Assembly: GCA_937625935.1 (NCBI GenBank)
Contig: OW569394.1
Span: 248,001 to 312,000, forward strand
Direction: 5' to 3'
Source: Tetramitus jugosus
Taxonomy: Eukaryota > Protista > Heterolobosea
Length of the DNA stretch: 64,000 bases
Both the position numbers and the translations under genes were made by a program. This document shows, one piece after another, positions 33,866 to 45,967 of this stretch (position 1 is the stretch's first letter; every line of letters begins with the position of its first letter). The notes under the pieces are model-generated. The model worked only from the letters and a program-made list of their open reading frames with translations. It did no database searches and was not told the DNA's origin.

Positions 33866-34055
33866 TTGAGTTTGAAGAATGAGAATTGCATAGTAATAAT
33901 GATGGTCGTCATTCGTGTCCTTGTTGTTAATGCCATTGAACTCGCTACTCAATAAACAATTTTTGTACAACAAACCACAAGCAATAGATAGCAAATTCGA
34001 ATTGGATATGCTAAGGCGTTCATGTTTTTATGTTTTTTCAAAGTACGCAACCCAT

Positions 34056-35591
34056 CTATAATTGAATCATTTGATTTCGTATCTTTGCTTCAGGTATTTG
34101 CAACGCAGTTGCGTACTGAATCGTCAAAGCACTCGTGCCAACCATTTGACCACTAAAATAATGATTTGTTGTCGCAGCGCATCGTTGCCATTCCTGTTGT
34201 TCTTCTTCTCCTACTCCCATGCTTTCATCATCATCATCGGTAGTCGAATTCTTATTTTTCTTAGTAAAGAACGAACTGCTCGATATCACTTTCCGCACAG
34301 TCACAAAATATGCAGTATTGTCACTCTGTTTTTCATTGTTACCTTGTTGATAACAATCCATGAAATGTATCAATTGAACAAACAATTGATTCAATTCGGT
34401 TCCTATTTGTTTTACATCTTCTTCATTCTTTACAATTTGTTTCAAATAATCATCATTTAGAATAATAGCAAACCACATGGCAGCTAATTTTCGTTTTCCT
34501 TCCCAAATATCACTACTATCACTATTATTACTCTCATGATTCATCGTATTCACATAATGATACACATTTATCAATTCATCATTTGTTTTTTCCAATAAAA
34601 TCAAAGCCAAATATCGTATCACATAAACCATGATAAATAAACACTCATTTTGCATCCCTATAAACAACGGTATCGATTCTTGAGCTCTCTGCACCAACAA
34701 GGCACGATTACACTCCTTTTTTTCACTCTTTTCATTTTTCATAGTTTTCGATGACTTTTTTTCCGATGTTAAGGTCAAAAATAAATCATGACTTAATAAA
34801 TCATGAATGACGAACAATCGAACAAAAAACGATCGATTAAACACATCAAACAACATGATTCGATTAACGATATTGGAACAGCTCTGAAGACGTTTCGAAG
34901 CTTGATCCCACTTGACTTGAGGCACCACATCTGCATCACTCATGATCTGACAACAACTACGCCAATCTTGTATCGAAATCAACAACAATTGACAATCATT
35001 TTTCAATTGTTGAGCTTGAGCTTCCCAGTAATGTACTCTCAACCATTGAAAGCAAAGTTGTATCGTGTGTTGTATGTGAGTATGTGATGGCATGGTACCA
35101 TGTGTCACTTCGTGTCGCACATCGACGATGGCTCTTGGAATTTTTAGCTTTTCCATCAGTGTCGCAATACTGTTTTTGTAACGATTTTGGAGGGAAGTCG
35201 GAGAAATTCCATCGGAGATTTTTTGATGAGTTTCTAAAAAACCATTGACGAATCGAACAATGACCATTGACATGGCCATCATCAAACTATGATGATTAGA
35301 AGAAGTAGATGAAGAGGTTGATGATGATGATAAAATTTGAAGAATGTCAAGAGTGCATTCAATTGGATGAGGTAACCTTGCATTTCGATTTTTCCAAATT
35401 TCAAGTCTCGTTTGTGCTCTTTTCATCTCCATGGGTCGATTGGAAAAAATTTGATTTTTGAGGTGGAGCCATTCGGACCAGTCGTACCATGGAACCACTT
35501 TTCCTTTTGATGAATAATTTTCGAGTCGTTTGTGTAAGTTGTCCAGTAAAAATTGTTGTTGTTGTTGTTGTGATGATGATGATTTGGACAT
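34056..35591 (-). CDS. LAS1: Las1 pre-rRNA ITS2 endonuclease (HEPN)
   Basis: 'VVPWYDWSEW', 'SMVIVRFVNG', HEPN motif 'IVDVRHEVTHGTMPS', 'YWEAQ'. Start set at MSKSSS after the A-rich leader. Confidence 0.88.
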   Translation of the reverse strand: MSKSSSSQQQQQQFLLDNLHKRLENYSSKGKVVPWYDWSEWLHLKNQIFSNRPMEMKRAQTRLEIWKNRNARLPHPIECTLDILQILSSSSTSSSTSSNHHSLMMAMSMVIVRFVNGFLETHQKISDGISPTSLQNRYKNSIATLMEKLKIPRAIVDVRHEVTHGTMPSHTHIQHTIQLCFQWLRVHYWEAQAQQLKNDCQLLLISIQDWRSCCQIMSDADVVPQVKWDQASKRLQSCSNIVNRIMLFDVFNRSFFVRLFVIHDLLSHDLFLTLTSEKKSSKTMKNEKSEKKECNRALLVQRAQESIPLFIGMQNECLFIMVYVIRYLALILLEKTNDELINVYHYVNTMNHESNNSDSSDIWEGKRKLAAMWFAIILNDDYLKQIVKNEEDVKQIGTELNQLFVQLIHFMDCYQQGNNEKQSDNTAYFVTVRKVISSSSFFTKKNKNSTTDDDDESMGVGEEEQQEWQRCAATTNHYFSGQMVGTSALTIQYATALQIPEAKIRNQMIQL

Positions 35592-35934
35592 TTTTTGTAT
35601 TGTGTTTTTTTTGTGTTGTTTTTTTTGTTGCGTCATGCAAAAATTTTTTTGTTCGATTTTTTCGTTGAACGATGCAGCTCCGACAGCACTTTTCTGGATG
35701 TTTGGCGCGCTTTTTTTCATGTGTCGATTTTGATCAAAGTTTTTTTTCAATAACAAAACAACAACATTGAAAGCATCTGACGATCGATCGCGCACACATT
35801 CTCTCTCTTATCACTTGAATTTTGACGTCACACTTTAGACACTAATCTTGACATCATAAAGACAAGAAACAACAAACAAACAAAAAAATTGATCATAATC
35901 ATAATAATAACATAAAGCAAGAGTAACAATAATC

Positions 35935-36183
35935 ATGGATGAATATGTAAACAAGCAAGTCATTGTCAATACGAGAGAAGGCAGAAATCTAACTGGAACA
36001 TTTAGAGGATATGACAAAAAAAGCACAAACATTATTCTTCAATCATGTTCTGAAATTCTTTATAGTGCAACGACTGGTGAGATCAATCATGTACCACTTG
36101 GTCTCTATGTCATTCGTGGAAATCATGTTTCGTTTGTTGCTGAGATATCTACTGGTGGTAGTGGTGGTAATGTTGATTCTTGA
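35935..36183 (+). CDS. LSM8: U6 snRNA-associated Sm-like protein LSm8
   Basis: Sm1 'YVNKQV.V.T.EGR...GT.RGYD..TNIIL' and Sm2 'VPLGLYVIRG.HV..V.EI' match LSm8. Head-to-head with LAS1. Confidence 0.85.
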   Translation: MDEYVNKQVIVNTREGRNLTGTFRGYDKKSTNIILQSCSEILYSATTGEINHVPLGLYVIRGNHVSFVAEISTGGSGGNVDS

Positions 36184-36320
36184 TTGAAAAAGTAGTGTTG
36201 ATGATGATGATGATGGAAAAATTTAAGTTTTCAATTTTTTGTTTTTTTGAGAGAGGAAAACACATGCAAATAGTGATGATTGTTTGTTAGTTTGGTTGCT
36301 GGGTGGTGAATTATAGATGA

Positions 36321-36360
36321 GTTGGTGGGTTAGTTGGTTAGTTGGTTAGTTGGTTGGTTG
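36321..36360. repeat. (GTTGGTTA)n-type simple repeat
   Basis: gttggtgggttagttggttagttggttagttggttggttg. Confidence 0.7.
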
Positions 36361-36924
36361 TGTAGTGATCATGGTGTTTGCTAGTCACATGATTGTTTTT
36401 TTGTAAGTTTTGTTAACGAGATGAGTGTATAAAGAGAACGGAAGATGCGATGAACAACAATGATAAAGAGATGAACTTGTTCGTGATTTGCTTACATGGC
36501 GACCCCAATTTATGAGTTTATTGTAACGATTGCTATTTGTTTCGTGCGTGTGAGTTGTAATTGCATGAAGGATTTTCTTGTTAACAAAGGAGAATCACCT
36601 CACATGCAGCAACTAGCTTGTTCAAAAGAATAAAATTGATCCAAAAGGTGTACATAGTGTTTGGAGCCAATTGAAGTCACAGTAGTTCAGGTTGCTGGTA
36701 CGGCTGTTTTTCCTTCAGATCGATCGTACACGGAGAAATTTTCGAATCTCCTCCGATTTGGATGTTTTCCCGATAGGGACGCAACTCTCTCACAGAATCA
36801 TCTTGCTCTGTGCACAAAAAAACCACAAAAAAAACTTCAGTTGACCAACCATCTCCGCCTTCAGTTGACTGCCAATATCCTCATCACCCAACTCAACCAA
36901 CACCTGGTCAACACAAATTATTGG

Positions 36925-37383
36925 GTATGTTGTTTTTAGAACGTTGACACCTTTTTGGTGTATTCACACACAACCGTCAAGCACAGCACACACAATGAAG
37001 AAGAAGCTTTCTTTTTGATTGTTTGGTGTGATGAAAAAAAGGTTGCTCATGTGATGGGATGTGTGTGGTGTTGGAGACTTGACATCTCTCAGAGAGGTTG
37101 ACCTCCTCATAAAAATATGAGTTGATCATCAGTTGATAGTTACAACACAACACTGATCAATCAACACACCTCAGCTCATGACAACCACCACAACCACATC
37201 ATCACTTCAAACAACAACTTTTGTCGCAACGCCTTCCCTTCATTCACTTTGTTGAAGTTTGGCTACGAAAAAAAAGGCGCGCTTGAAGCAAACTTGAACT
37301 TGTTTGAAGGAAGCTGAGCTTCACCATTCACACACTCATACAACAAATACACTAACACACACATTACTACAACACCAAAACAG
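36925..37383 (+). other. Probable 5'-UTR intron (459 nt) of the BRCT-BAH gene
   Basis: GTATGT donor at 36925, ACTAAC branch site at ~37351, CAG acceptor at 37381-37383, 18 nt upstream of the ATG. Confidence 0.55.
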
Positions 37384-37401
37384 AGAATCGCCACAAAAAT
37401 C

Positions 37402-40197
37402 ATGTCTTCCAATAAAGTGAAAAAAGCTATTTATGGAGAGAGCACAGAGATGGATCCATCAGCATACGACTACCTCTATGCTACAACAGGTGTTGTTGAC
37501 CCACAACAACAACAACAACAACAAGAATATCTCAGAGCTGCAGCTTATGCCTATCATCAACAACAACAGGAAACTGACCCTAACACGGCCAGTATGGATG
37601 CTGCGACTCAACAATACATGATTGATGCAGCAGCAGTTGCAGCAGCAACCAATGGTGGTGGATCAACAGTCGCATCATCATCATCATCAACAGCAGTATC
37701 ATCAGCTGAAGACGATGTAAAGTTATTTGATGGTTTTTCATTTGCTATGGCGTATCAGCCTCAAGATGCTGAAAATATTTGGAAAATGGAAGATTTGAAA
37801 AAAAAAGTGACCATTAACGAAGGAACGTTTCATGATCAATTGGACGACAAGGTGAACATTATTCTAGTGTTGGGAGATCATGTCGTTGACACGAATCGTA
37901 TCAATCATGCAGTCAAATTTAGCATACCTGTTGTAAGTGAACAGTATGTGCATGATTGTGTCAATTGTAATACGAGATTGGATTGGAATCAGTATGTGGT
38001 GATGCCTATGCAATCTGCACTTCCATTTATGCAAGGTACAGATGGTTCTTCTGTGGAAGATCACATGAGTGCTGCTGCTGTTGCTGCTGCGAGCATGTCT
38101 GTGGCTGCTGCGGCCGCTGCTGCTGCCAATTCAAGTCACCATCATCATCAACAACAGCAGCATCATCATCATCAACAGCAGCACTCGAATCATCCAAGTA
38201 GTGTCAGTTCTATGCGTCATCATCATGCCAACAGTGCATCATCATCGTCCAGTGGTTCATCCTCTTCTGCCGGTATCATTTCAACTACACCGAATCATGG
38301 TTATGGTGGAATGATGGGTACTGGTAGTGCTAGCACTGGTGGCTCAAAACCACCCAATGCAAAAGCCAATTTTCAACTCAAAATGTACCTCAAGGGCAGC
38401 AGGCAATCCATGTTTAACGATTTATTCCCAGAAGTGTTGTACACGTTGACATGGAAACACAAGTATGATGTACAGATTAAGGCAACGGACAAGATTTTTG
38501 AAGGAAGATCCCAGAGCAAAATCATGGATAGTCTCGAAGTTGCTCTCGTTCTGAGTCAAACCAACGAAATTCCAGTGTACGACGAAGAGGAGAAGAAACG
38601 AAAGAGGAAACGTTCCAAATCCGATGAATTGGATCAAGATGGCAGCAGTCCGTATGACAATGGTTATGGCGGAATGGGTATTCCGGGCCTTCAACAACAA
38701 GGTTACGGTATGCCTGCTGGCTTCACCGGCATACCTACTTCTGCTGTCGGTCGAGTCGGTACCGGATCGGCAAATGCTAGAAACTCCAAGAAGCGACCTG
38801 CGAGCAGCAAAAATTCAAATGAAACTGTTTGTGTCAGCAGTTTGCACAAGAGTGGAGATGATGAGATTGTGATTCGATTTGGTGTCAATTCTACTTTTTG
38901 TAGCAAGCGGTTTAATTATGGTGCTTTCAAGCTCTACATCAATTATGCGCCACCTGATGTCAGTGAAGATTTTCACTTTACGATTTATAGTGCAGAGTTT
39001 AAGACTTTTGTGAAGAAGAATGCCAATATTGCAAAGTATCTACATTCGCCACATCCACTGAGCGGTGTCATCACAGTCGTCACAAAGACAATGACCCAAA
39101 AGATTAAGGTTGAGTATGCAAAGTACATGACGGCTGATGTGAGTGTTACCGAAGCATCGTCTGTCGGTGGTGGTGCAGCATTGACACAAGCCAAGAAACG
39201 ACAGAGAAAGATTAAGAAGCCAAACAAGAAGGGAGACGCAGAGGAGTCCACAGAAATGGACGCACAGATGCAAGCATACTCTCAACAGTACTCGGCTCAA
39301 TTAGCGATGCAAAATTCAATGGGCTTCGATCCAAACTATATGGGATTCCAGTACATGCAAATGAACATGATGAATCCGATGACAGCTGCTCAGTATTCAC
39401 ATCTCGCCAGTGCATACATGGGTGCTGCTCTGTCGCCTGAGAGTGTACCAGAGACGCCACAATCCGCAGCTGCAGCTGCTGCATCCAGCTCAAACGCTGC
39501 TGCATCTAGCTTGGTGGCTGCTGAGAAGTATCAATGGTATGGTGATCCAGTTGGAGTCAATGTGAATGGTGATGTGTTCTATTATACATTCTCAATGGGA
39601 GATGAAGTGTACAAGATTGGAGAATATGTTTTCCTGAGCCCTACGACAGAAGATGGAAGAGAATGTGAGCCTCCAGTCGAGAACGGAAGTGAAGATTGGG
39701 ACAGACTATGGATTTGTAAGATTATTAATCTGGTTCACACAAAGATGGAGGGAATGAAGATGATTGGACAATGGTTCTATCGCTCAAGCGATCTCCCTGA
39801 TAGTTCAATGGGTGTGAAGCATGCAAACGAATTGTTTGTTTCGTTTGATATCAACTACAATCAATTGAATTCAATCAGAGGAAAATGTCAAGTGCGGCAT
39901 TGTACCGAGCCAGACAGCGAAGAGAATAGAAAGTACACGACAGATAATCCTCAAAAGCACTTTTTCTTCCGTTCTGGGTTCAACAGACTGAGAGCAGAGG
40001 TGTTTGAACTGAGTGAATCGATACTACAACTCTTGAAGGGTAAACCAGACGGTGAAGAGACCTTCCAGGACATTGAGGACGCTCTTGGATTGCACAGTGC
40101 GATTGTAGCTCACATGGAACAACAAGCCATGGCCTATTCCATGCAAGTCTACGAGGCTCATGGAATGGCAGCAGAAGATGTCGCACAAGAAGAATAA
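37402..40197 (+). CDS. Nuclear protein: BRCT domain, central putative DNA-binding domain with NLSs, C-terminal BAH domain
   Basis: BRCT 'LFDGFSFA...LKKKV...G.F.....VNIILV...IPVVSEQYVHDC'; basic NLSs (KKRKRKR, KKRQRKIKK); BAH 'YKIGEYVFL...WICKI...GQWFYRSSDLP...NELFVS...IRGKCQV'; Q/H/A/S low-complexity tracts. Confidence 0.8.
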   Translation: MSSNKVKKAIYGESTEMDPSAYDYLYATTGVVDPQQQQQQQEYLRAAAYAYHQQQQETDPNTASMDAATQQYMIDAAAVAAATNGGGSTVASSSSSTAVSSAEDDVKLFDGFSFAMAYQPQDAENIWKMEDLKKKVTINEGTFHDQLDDKVNIILVLGDHVVDTNRINHAVKFSIPVVSEQYVHDCVNCNTRLDWNQYVVMPMQSALPFMQGTDGSSVEDHMSAAAVAAASMSVAAAAAAAANSSHHHHQQQQHHHHQQQHSNHPSSVSSMRHHHANSASSSSSGSSSSAGIISTTPNHGYGGMMGTGSASTGGSKPPNAKANFQLKMYLKGSRQSMFNDLFPEVLYTLTWKHKYDVQIKATDKIFEGRSQSKIMDSLEVALVLSQTNEIPVYDEEEKKRKRKRSKSDELDQDGSSPYDNGYGGMGIPGLQQQGYGMPAGFTGIPTSAVGRVGTGSANARNSKKRPASSKNSNETVCVSSLHKSGDDEIVIRFGVNSTFCSKRFNYGAFKLYINYAPPDVSEDFHFTIYSAEFKTFVKKNANIAKYLHSPHPLSGVITVVTKTMTQKIKVEYAKYMTADVSVTEASSVGGGAALTQAKKRQRKIKKPNKKGDAEESTEMDAQMQAYSQQYSAQLAMQNSMGFDPNYMGFQYMQMNMMNPMTAAQYSHLASAYMGAALSPESVPETPQSAAAAAASSSNAAASSLVAAEKYQWYGDPVGVNVNGDVFYYTFSMGDEVYKIGEYVFLSPTTEDGRECEPPVENGSEDWDRLWICKIINLVHTKMEGMKMIGQWFYRSSDLPDSSMGVKHANELFVSFDINYNQLNSIRGKCQVRHCTEPDSEENRKYTTDNPQKHFFFRSGFNRLRAEVFELSESILQLLKGKPDGEETFQDIEDALGLHSAIVAHMEQQAMAYSMQVYEAHGMAAEDVAQEE

Positions 40198-40228
40198 AAT
40201 GTGTAACGCTTTTCCACCACCAAAAATA

Positions 40229-40264
40229 TTGGCGCCATAATTAGGGAGCCAAATCTTTGGCGCC
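40229..40264 (+). promoter_or_regulatory. Tandem E2F-like sites (TTGGCGCC twice) upstream of the mitotic kinesin
   Basis: ATTGGCGCC at ~40228-40236 and TTTGGCGC at 40256-40263, the latter matching the E2F consensus TTTSSCGC. Confidence 0.4.
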
Positions 40265-40346
40265 ATTTTGTCAAAATTTTTAGCTGTTAAGAAAGAGCAA
40301 AGAACAAAGGAAGGAAAACGAGAACAACACACAAACAACAACTAGA

Positions 40347-43300
40347 ATGGAAGGTAAAGTGACAGTACATACTCATTCTTCCAATTCCATGTTTAATTGA
40401 CACAATCTCTTTTTGTTGTTATGATATGAACTTCTATTCTTTGTTGGTTGTTTAATGCACTTTGCACAGACTTTTTAGAAGATAAATCCGGTGTAAGCGT
40501 AGTCGTACGTATTCGACCTCCAAACCAAAAAGAGTTGCGTCACACTGAGGCCTATCGGTGCGTCAGAGTTCAACCTTTTAGCAATGATCGAACATTAATT
40601 GTTGAAACATCGCCACCTACTCCCTTTACGTTTGATCATGTGGCAGGACCTGCTTCGACTCAACGAGAAATGTACGAGAGATGTGCCTTACCCATTGTTG
40701 AGAGTTGCTTAGACGGTTACAATGGAAGCATTTTTTGTTATGGTCAAACAGGAGCAGGAAAAACTTTTACAATGATTGGTCCAGATTTGCACACGACGAA
40801 TGAGTACAGAGGATTGATACCACGTATCATGGATGGTCTCTTCTTTTCGATTGAACAAAGAAAATTAAGGGCTCATTTTGAAGCTTCTCTCCAAGTTTCC
40901 TTTTTGGAGATTTACAATGAAAAAATTACGGATTTGTTGTTGGAGTCGGAGATTGGTATGCCATTGTTCAATCAACCATTTGTACAAAAGAGCTTGCAGT
41001 TGCGTGAAGACGCAAAACAAGGAGTGTATGTCGAAGATTTGTCTCATCATGCGATACACAATGCATCTCAGGGCATGCAATGTCTAAAGAATGGTCTGGC
41101 AAACAGACATGTGAGTGCAACAAAGATGAATGAACAAAGTTCTCGGTCTCATTCAGTGTTTACTATTACTATCAAGAGTAAGTTGCATGAGGAGAGTGGT
41201 GTTGTGAGAATCAAGACCAGTTATCTGCATTTGATTGATTTGGCAGGTAGTGAAAGACAACAAAGTACTCAGACAGAAGGTGATCGCTTGGCAGAAGCAT
41301 GTAGCATTAACAAGAGTTTAAGTATTCTTGGTAGTGTTATTAACAGTCTTGTGGAGAAAACAAAGAAAAAATCAAGGCACATTCCATACAGAGATTCAAA
41401 GCTCACCTATTTATTGAGAGACTCGTTGGGTGGAAATTCTAAAACTTGCATTGTTGCAAATATTTCTGCTTCTTCTGTGCAGTTGACTGAAACTATCAGT
41501 ACTCTTCGCTTTGCTCGAAGGGCAAAATGTATCAAAAATAGACCTGTTATTAATGAGAGTGATGAAGGATCTGTGCCAGCATTGCAACAACAAATTTTGG
41601 AACTTCGAAAGCAAATTGAAGATATGCAGTATTCTGGTGTTGCTATGGAGTCTCAACATTCACAAAGGGATTCGAACATTCAGCCAACATCATCTGGATC
41701 TGACTTTGATGACAACGAAAAACAAGAGTACGAAAGTCGCGTTGGTCTTTTGATGCAAAGAATTGAGCAAGCTGAGGAGATTCAGGATCATTTATATAAT
41801 CAAGTCGAGCAATTCGCCAGTGTTATCAAGGGAAAAGACATGTTGTTGAACGCGACTAGATTATCACTAAAGTTGAAGGAGTGTGAATTAGCAAAGAAGG
41901 AGATGCGCGAGCCTCGCATTGGAAGGTCATTACTGAATATTGATTATCTCGATGAGTTGGATTTTGATGATTCGTCTGATGATGAGATGGATGAGGACGA
42001 AATGGGCGAACCAATTATCAGACCTCCTTTGAGCGATGTGGACAAGTTGGAAAGATTGATGAAGAAAATTTGGCATCCAGATCGTCATCCAACTGTTATC
42101 ACATTTGCAATGGAAAACCACGAGTTGAGGGAGAGGTTGCAAAAGTTTGAGATGGGTCGTGAGTCCTTGGAACAAGAACGAGTCGGTCTCGCACAGAGAA
42201 CTGATGCGTACTTGAGAGAACTGCAACGACAAATTGTTCAGTTGGTCAGAGAGAGGCAGCAGAAGAGTGATGAAGAGGAGGAACGAGTTGTAGATGATGA
42301 ACAGCTGCTTCAACTGAACACGCAAGTTGATCTATTAACGCAAGAGAACTCTGAGTTGAAGGTTATTATTGATACTATGAATAGTGATCGAGAACAAATG
42401 ATTTCCTTGCCAGAAGTAGAAGCTATTATGAATCAATTAGATGCAATTAGAAAGGAGCGAGATGAACTAACCATCGAACGAAGTGACATTTTAACTCAAT
42501 CAGAAAACTTGACAGCTCAAATCACAAATTTAACCACAAAGATTTCAGGGCTAGAACATGAAAAATCTGAGATGGAGAAGCAATTGAACCAGCTTAGACT
42601 CGCAGCTCGCGAATTTGAGGATAAGCACCACATTGAAATGTCTGCCGCTTGTCAAAGAAGTGATATTTTGTCCTCACAGGTTGAAAAGTGGAAGAAGGAA
42701 TACGAGCTGGAGCAGGATACTTGCTCAACTCTAAAAACCAAAGTTGAGGATCTTGCGGGAGCTATCAATCAACTAAAGAAGGAGATGAGAGCAATGAAGG
42801 ACGAAGAGGATGAATGGAGACAGAATGAAGCTCTGAAGAATCATGAGATCAACGTACTGACCGAACAATTAAGTGATGCTTTGAATTTGGTTGAAGATAT
42901 GAAGCACAAATTTGGCCTAGAGGAGAGACGTCGGAAGAGTATCGAGAGACAAGTAGCGAGCGAGCACAATTTAGAAAATGCTATCGAGATGGAGAGAGCA
43001 ATAAGAATCAAGATTGACGAACAACTTGAAGCTGTACAGAAGGAGAATGAGAGATTGTATGCTGTTGTACAAGCCAGTCAACATGAAACTGATTCGTTGA
43101 GACACGAGTTAGCCAAGCTTCAAGCGTCTCACAATGAGGATGAAATTTCCATGGCCGGATTGAACAGTAGAATCCAACAACTGGAATCACAGGAGACTCA
43201 GCTAACTGAGTTAAACAAGATTCTTGTGACTGAAAGAGATGAATTGATCGAGAGAGTGACCACAATGAAATCAGAGCTATCAAAGCTCTCATACATGTTG

Positions 43301-43963
43301 TCTTCAAAGACGACAGAATTTGAAGAAACTTGCAACCACCAACAAACAACGATTAACAAATTAATGTCACAAGTTCAAGAATTCGAATCAGTATGTGCCA
43401 ATCATCATGAACAAGAGAGTCAGTTCAATATACAGAAGAGTTCAATGATGGAGACGATTCAAGATCAGAGCAATCAACTCCAACAGTTGACCGGTCAACT
43501 AAGTCAATCTCAGGAAGCAAACTCCCAGTTGGATAGACAAATAGAGGAGTTGCTCACACACAAGAATCCAAAGCAAAAGATTCACATGATCAATAAGATT
43601 ATACAGAGCAATCATGACTTGAAAGAAAAGGTGAAATATATGGAGCAACAGCTATTGACTAAGCAAGTTCACAACAAGGAGAATGAGGATACATTGGCTT
43701 CAACACCAAAGAATCAACTAGGCAGGACAAACTTGTCTGTGTTGAATGTTTCCCTAACAAGCAATAATGGTTCTACGTCCGATGAAGCATTACAAGTCGC
43801 TCGGATAGAAGAAGTGCTAAAGAATGTGTTGCGGCTGTACAATGGCAAGCGGAGGAAGAACGATCCAGCAAGAAAAACAACTCCATACTGTCGAGTGATG
43901 GAAATGCTGGAAGTGCTGGAAGAAGAGGCTTCGAATCGAGGTACGAGAGGATCAACCCGATAA
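40347..43963 (+). CDS. KIF15: Kinesin-12 (KIF15/Xklp2-like) motor protein
   Basis: 7-nt first exon (ATG GAA G, 40347-40353) and intron 40354-40469. Motor motifs GQTGAGKT, SSRSH, DLAGSE; long coiled coil; C-terminal 'HKNPKQKIH' resembles the KIF15/HMMR tail (GHQNxxQKI). Confidence 0.85.
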
Positions 43964-44591
43964 AGCTTTGAATTGCGTAATAAACAGACCTTCACGATTA
44001 ATAATCGACACGAACTTAGCTGATTTGTTGACAACTTCGCAGTTCCTCGTGAATATGTTGCCAGTCTAACTGAGCATTGATTCTCCCACAGCTCTTGATA
44101 CCATACTGACATCAAACCCAATAGTTACTGTAGTGAGGAAAGGCATTGTTTTTTGTATTTGTTGGAGTAGTCAACCACTTTGGTGTTTATGTTGATACCC
44201 ACTGTTACAAACTAAAATGACCATACACAATGGAAGACACAATGACAGTTCAATATTAACTTTAATGTCTTTACTATCTATAGCTGAGGGGCAAACTTAA
44301 TGATTAAGAACCGCTCAAAGTTAGCATCTGAGTCATGAGAAAGTGTGATCCCCGTTGTTGTGACTGTCTCTTGATTAAAGCGTAGACCAAATGCACATGG
44401 ATACACCAGCATGCATGTTGTTGTTGATCCCTTTTCTGAGTTTGTGCTTTTAACTGGGAGGATATGAGTTCTTTCCGGGAATTACCCAAGGATTTAAGGT
44501 CCGAACTAGTAGTTCATCACGGTCGAAGTAAAAGATTTGCCTTATTGTTGCCTCTTCCTTACTGTGTCTTCAAATAATGATGTCCATCCTT

Positions 44592-45600
44592 TCATAACGA
44601 GCTTAATGGACTGTCGCACGTCTTGTTTTTATATATCTTCATTACTGTATCATACAAGGAACTGCTTTCTGGCATGTATGAAAGAAATATGGAATCATCC
44701 TTCTTCCTCTGTTCATAGAAGTGTACCATGTAACTTTGAGGTAAAACAATAGGCTGAAGGCAATATTCCCGTCTAAGTCGATCATAACATATTACTTTGT
44801 TGCGCCCGCGATTGTAAAACCTTTCATCACATAAAACTCCATTCTCAGATCGATCAATGTATGTACTTCGAGAAAAGAAAGCATATGGTTCATAATATTG
44901 TTCGTGGCCAACACTGTATGCAGTCGTGGTATCCCTCCACGTTGGATAATCGGTTGTTTGGTGACCTGGTTTCCAACTTGAGAAATGAAATGGATCAATG
45001 ACACTCTGACTCCAAGCAATTAGAAGATCATTCTTGCTCTTTGGTATTCCATAGTTGCATTGAGTTCTCATCCTCTTTGCCATGACTGAATCACAGTCAC
45101 CATCGGTCTTGAGATCATCAAACTCGAACGCTGGCACCACGAACATGAGTTGCTCTTGTTGTTGTTCAGTCAGGTTCAATCTTGTAATAGATTTAGATTC
45201 CAGTGTGCTTTTCAAATCTGCAATCACTTCATTTGAGAAAATAAAGTCCATATCGTGAATCATGACCCAATTGGCACGAGAAAACATTAAACCAATGTTT
45301 CTCAGCACATAATCGGATAAGGAAGAAATTGATGCTTGTAAACCAAATGAATCAATATGTTGTTAATGCACCACAGTGCATCCTCGCAAACATTCACATC
45401 TCTGTAAATTTGGTCATTCTTCTTGTCATAATGTTTGTTGTTTGGAAAAGTTGGGATTGTTCGCGCGAATAGATTCCTGTGACATAGCTGGACCGGTATA
45501 AAATCGGGTCTCCCAAGTTATACAAAGTAATATGTCACTGGTTGTCCCTACAGCCTGGTTCTGTCTACAGAAAACTGAATCGATGCAATCGATGCAGAAA
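44592..45600 (-). pseudogene. GT49 glycosyltransferase (B4GAT1/LARGE glucuronyltransferase-like), frameshifted; 5' boundary approximate
   Basis: 'IHLVY...PYPI[N]VLRNIG' is broken by a 1-nt loss at ~45310. DxD 'HDMDF', 'FVVPAFE', 'GH..TDY..W', 'YEPY', 'DERF..RGRNK'. The N-terminal part is not a clean frame. Confidence 0.7.
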
Positions 45601-45967
45601 TTCAAATGAGATAGAGCAACAAGGCCTTTTCTTTGATTCGTTGGCGTTTGTTGCAGGCATGAGATGTGGATAGGACACCGGTATTGAGATCTTGAGACAT
45701 GACGGAACGCACAGGAGATTGGTTTCCGAGATTCACACGAAGATCTCAAATACCGGTGGACACGATGCACAAATTGAAGTTTCGTTTTCTCAGATCAGAC
45801 ATGTCGAATTCTTGAGCTCAAAAAATATGGCAGCTTTACATCGGGCGTTGGCCTAAAATAGCAAAGTACCTGTCCTTTGAAGGGTGCCAACGTGCCTCTA
45901 TCTAACTTGGCTCAGTCATAGGTCATTGCATCATGGTTGATCAACGATTTTGAATTGACAAAAGTAA

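Noticed and set aside
36321-36360. Interstitial telomeric repeat
   Set aside because: The unit is GTTGGTTA-like with about four irregular copies; an ordinary simple repeat.
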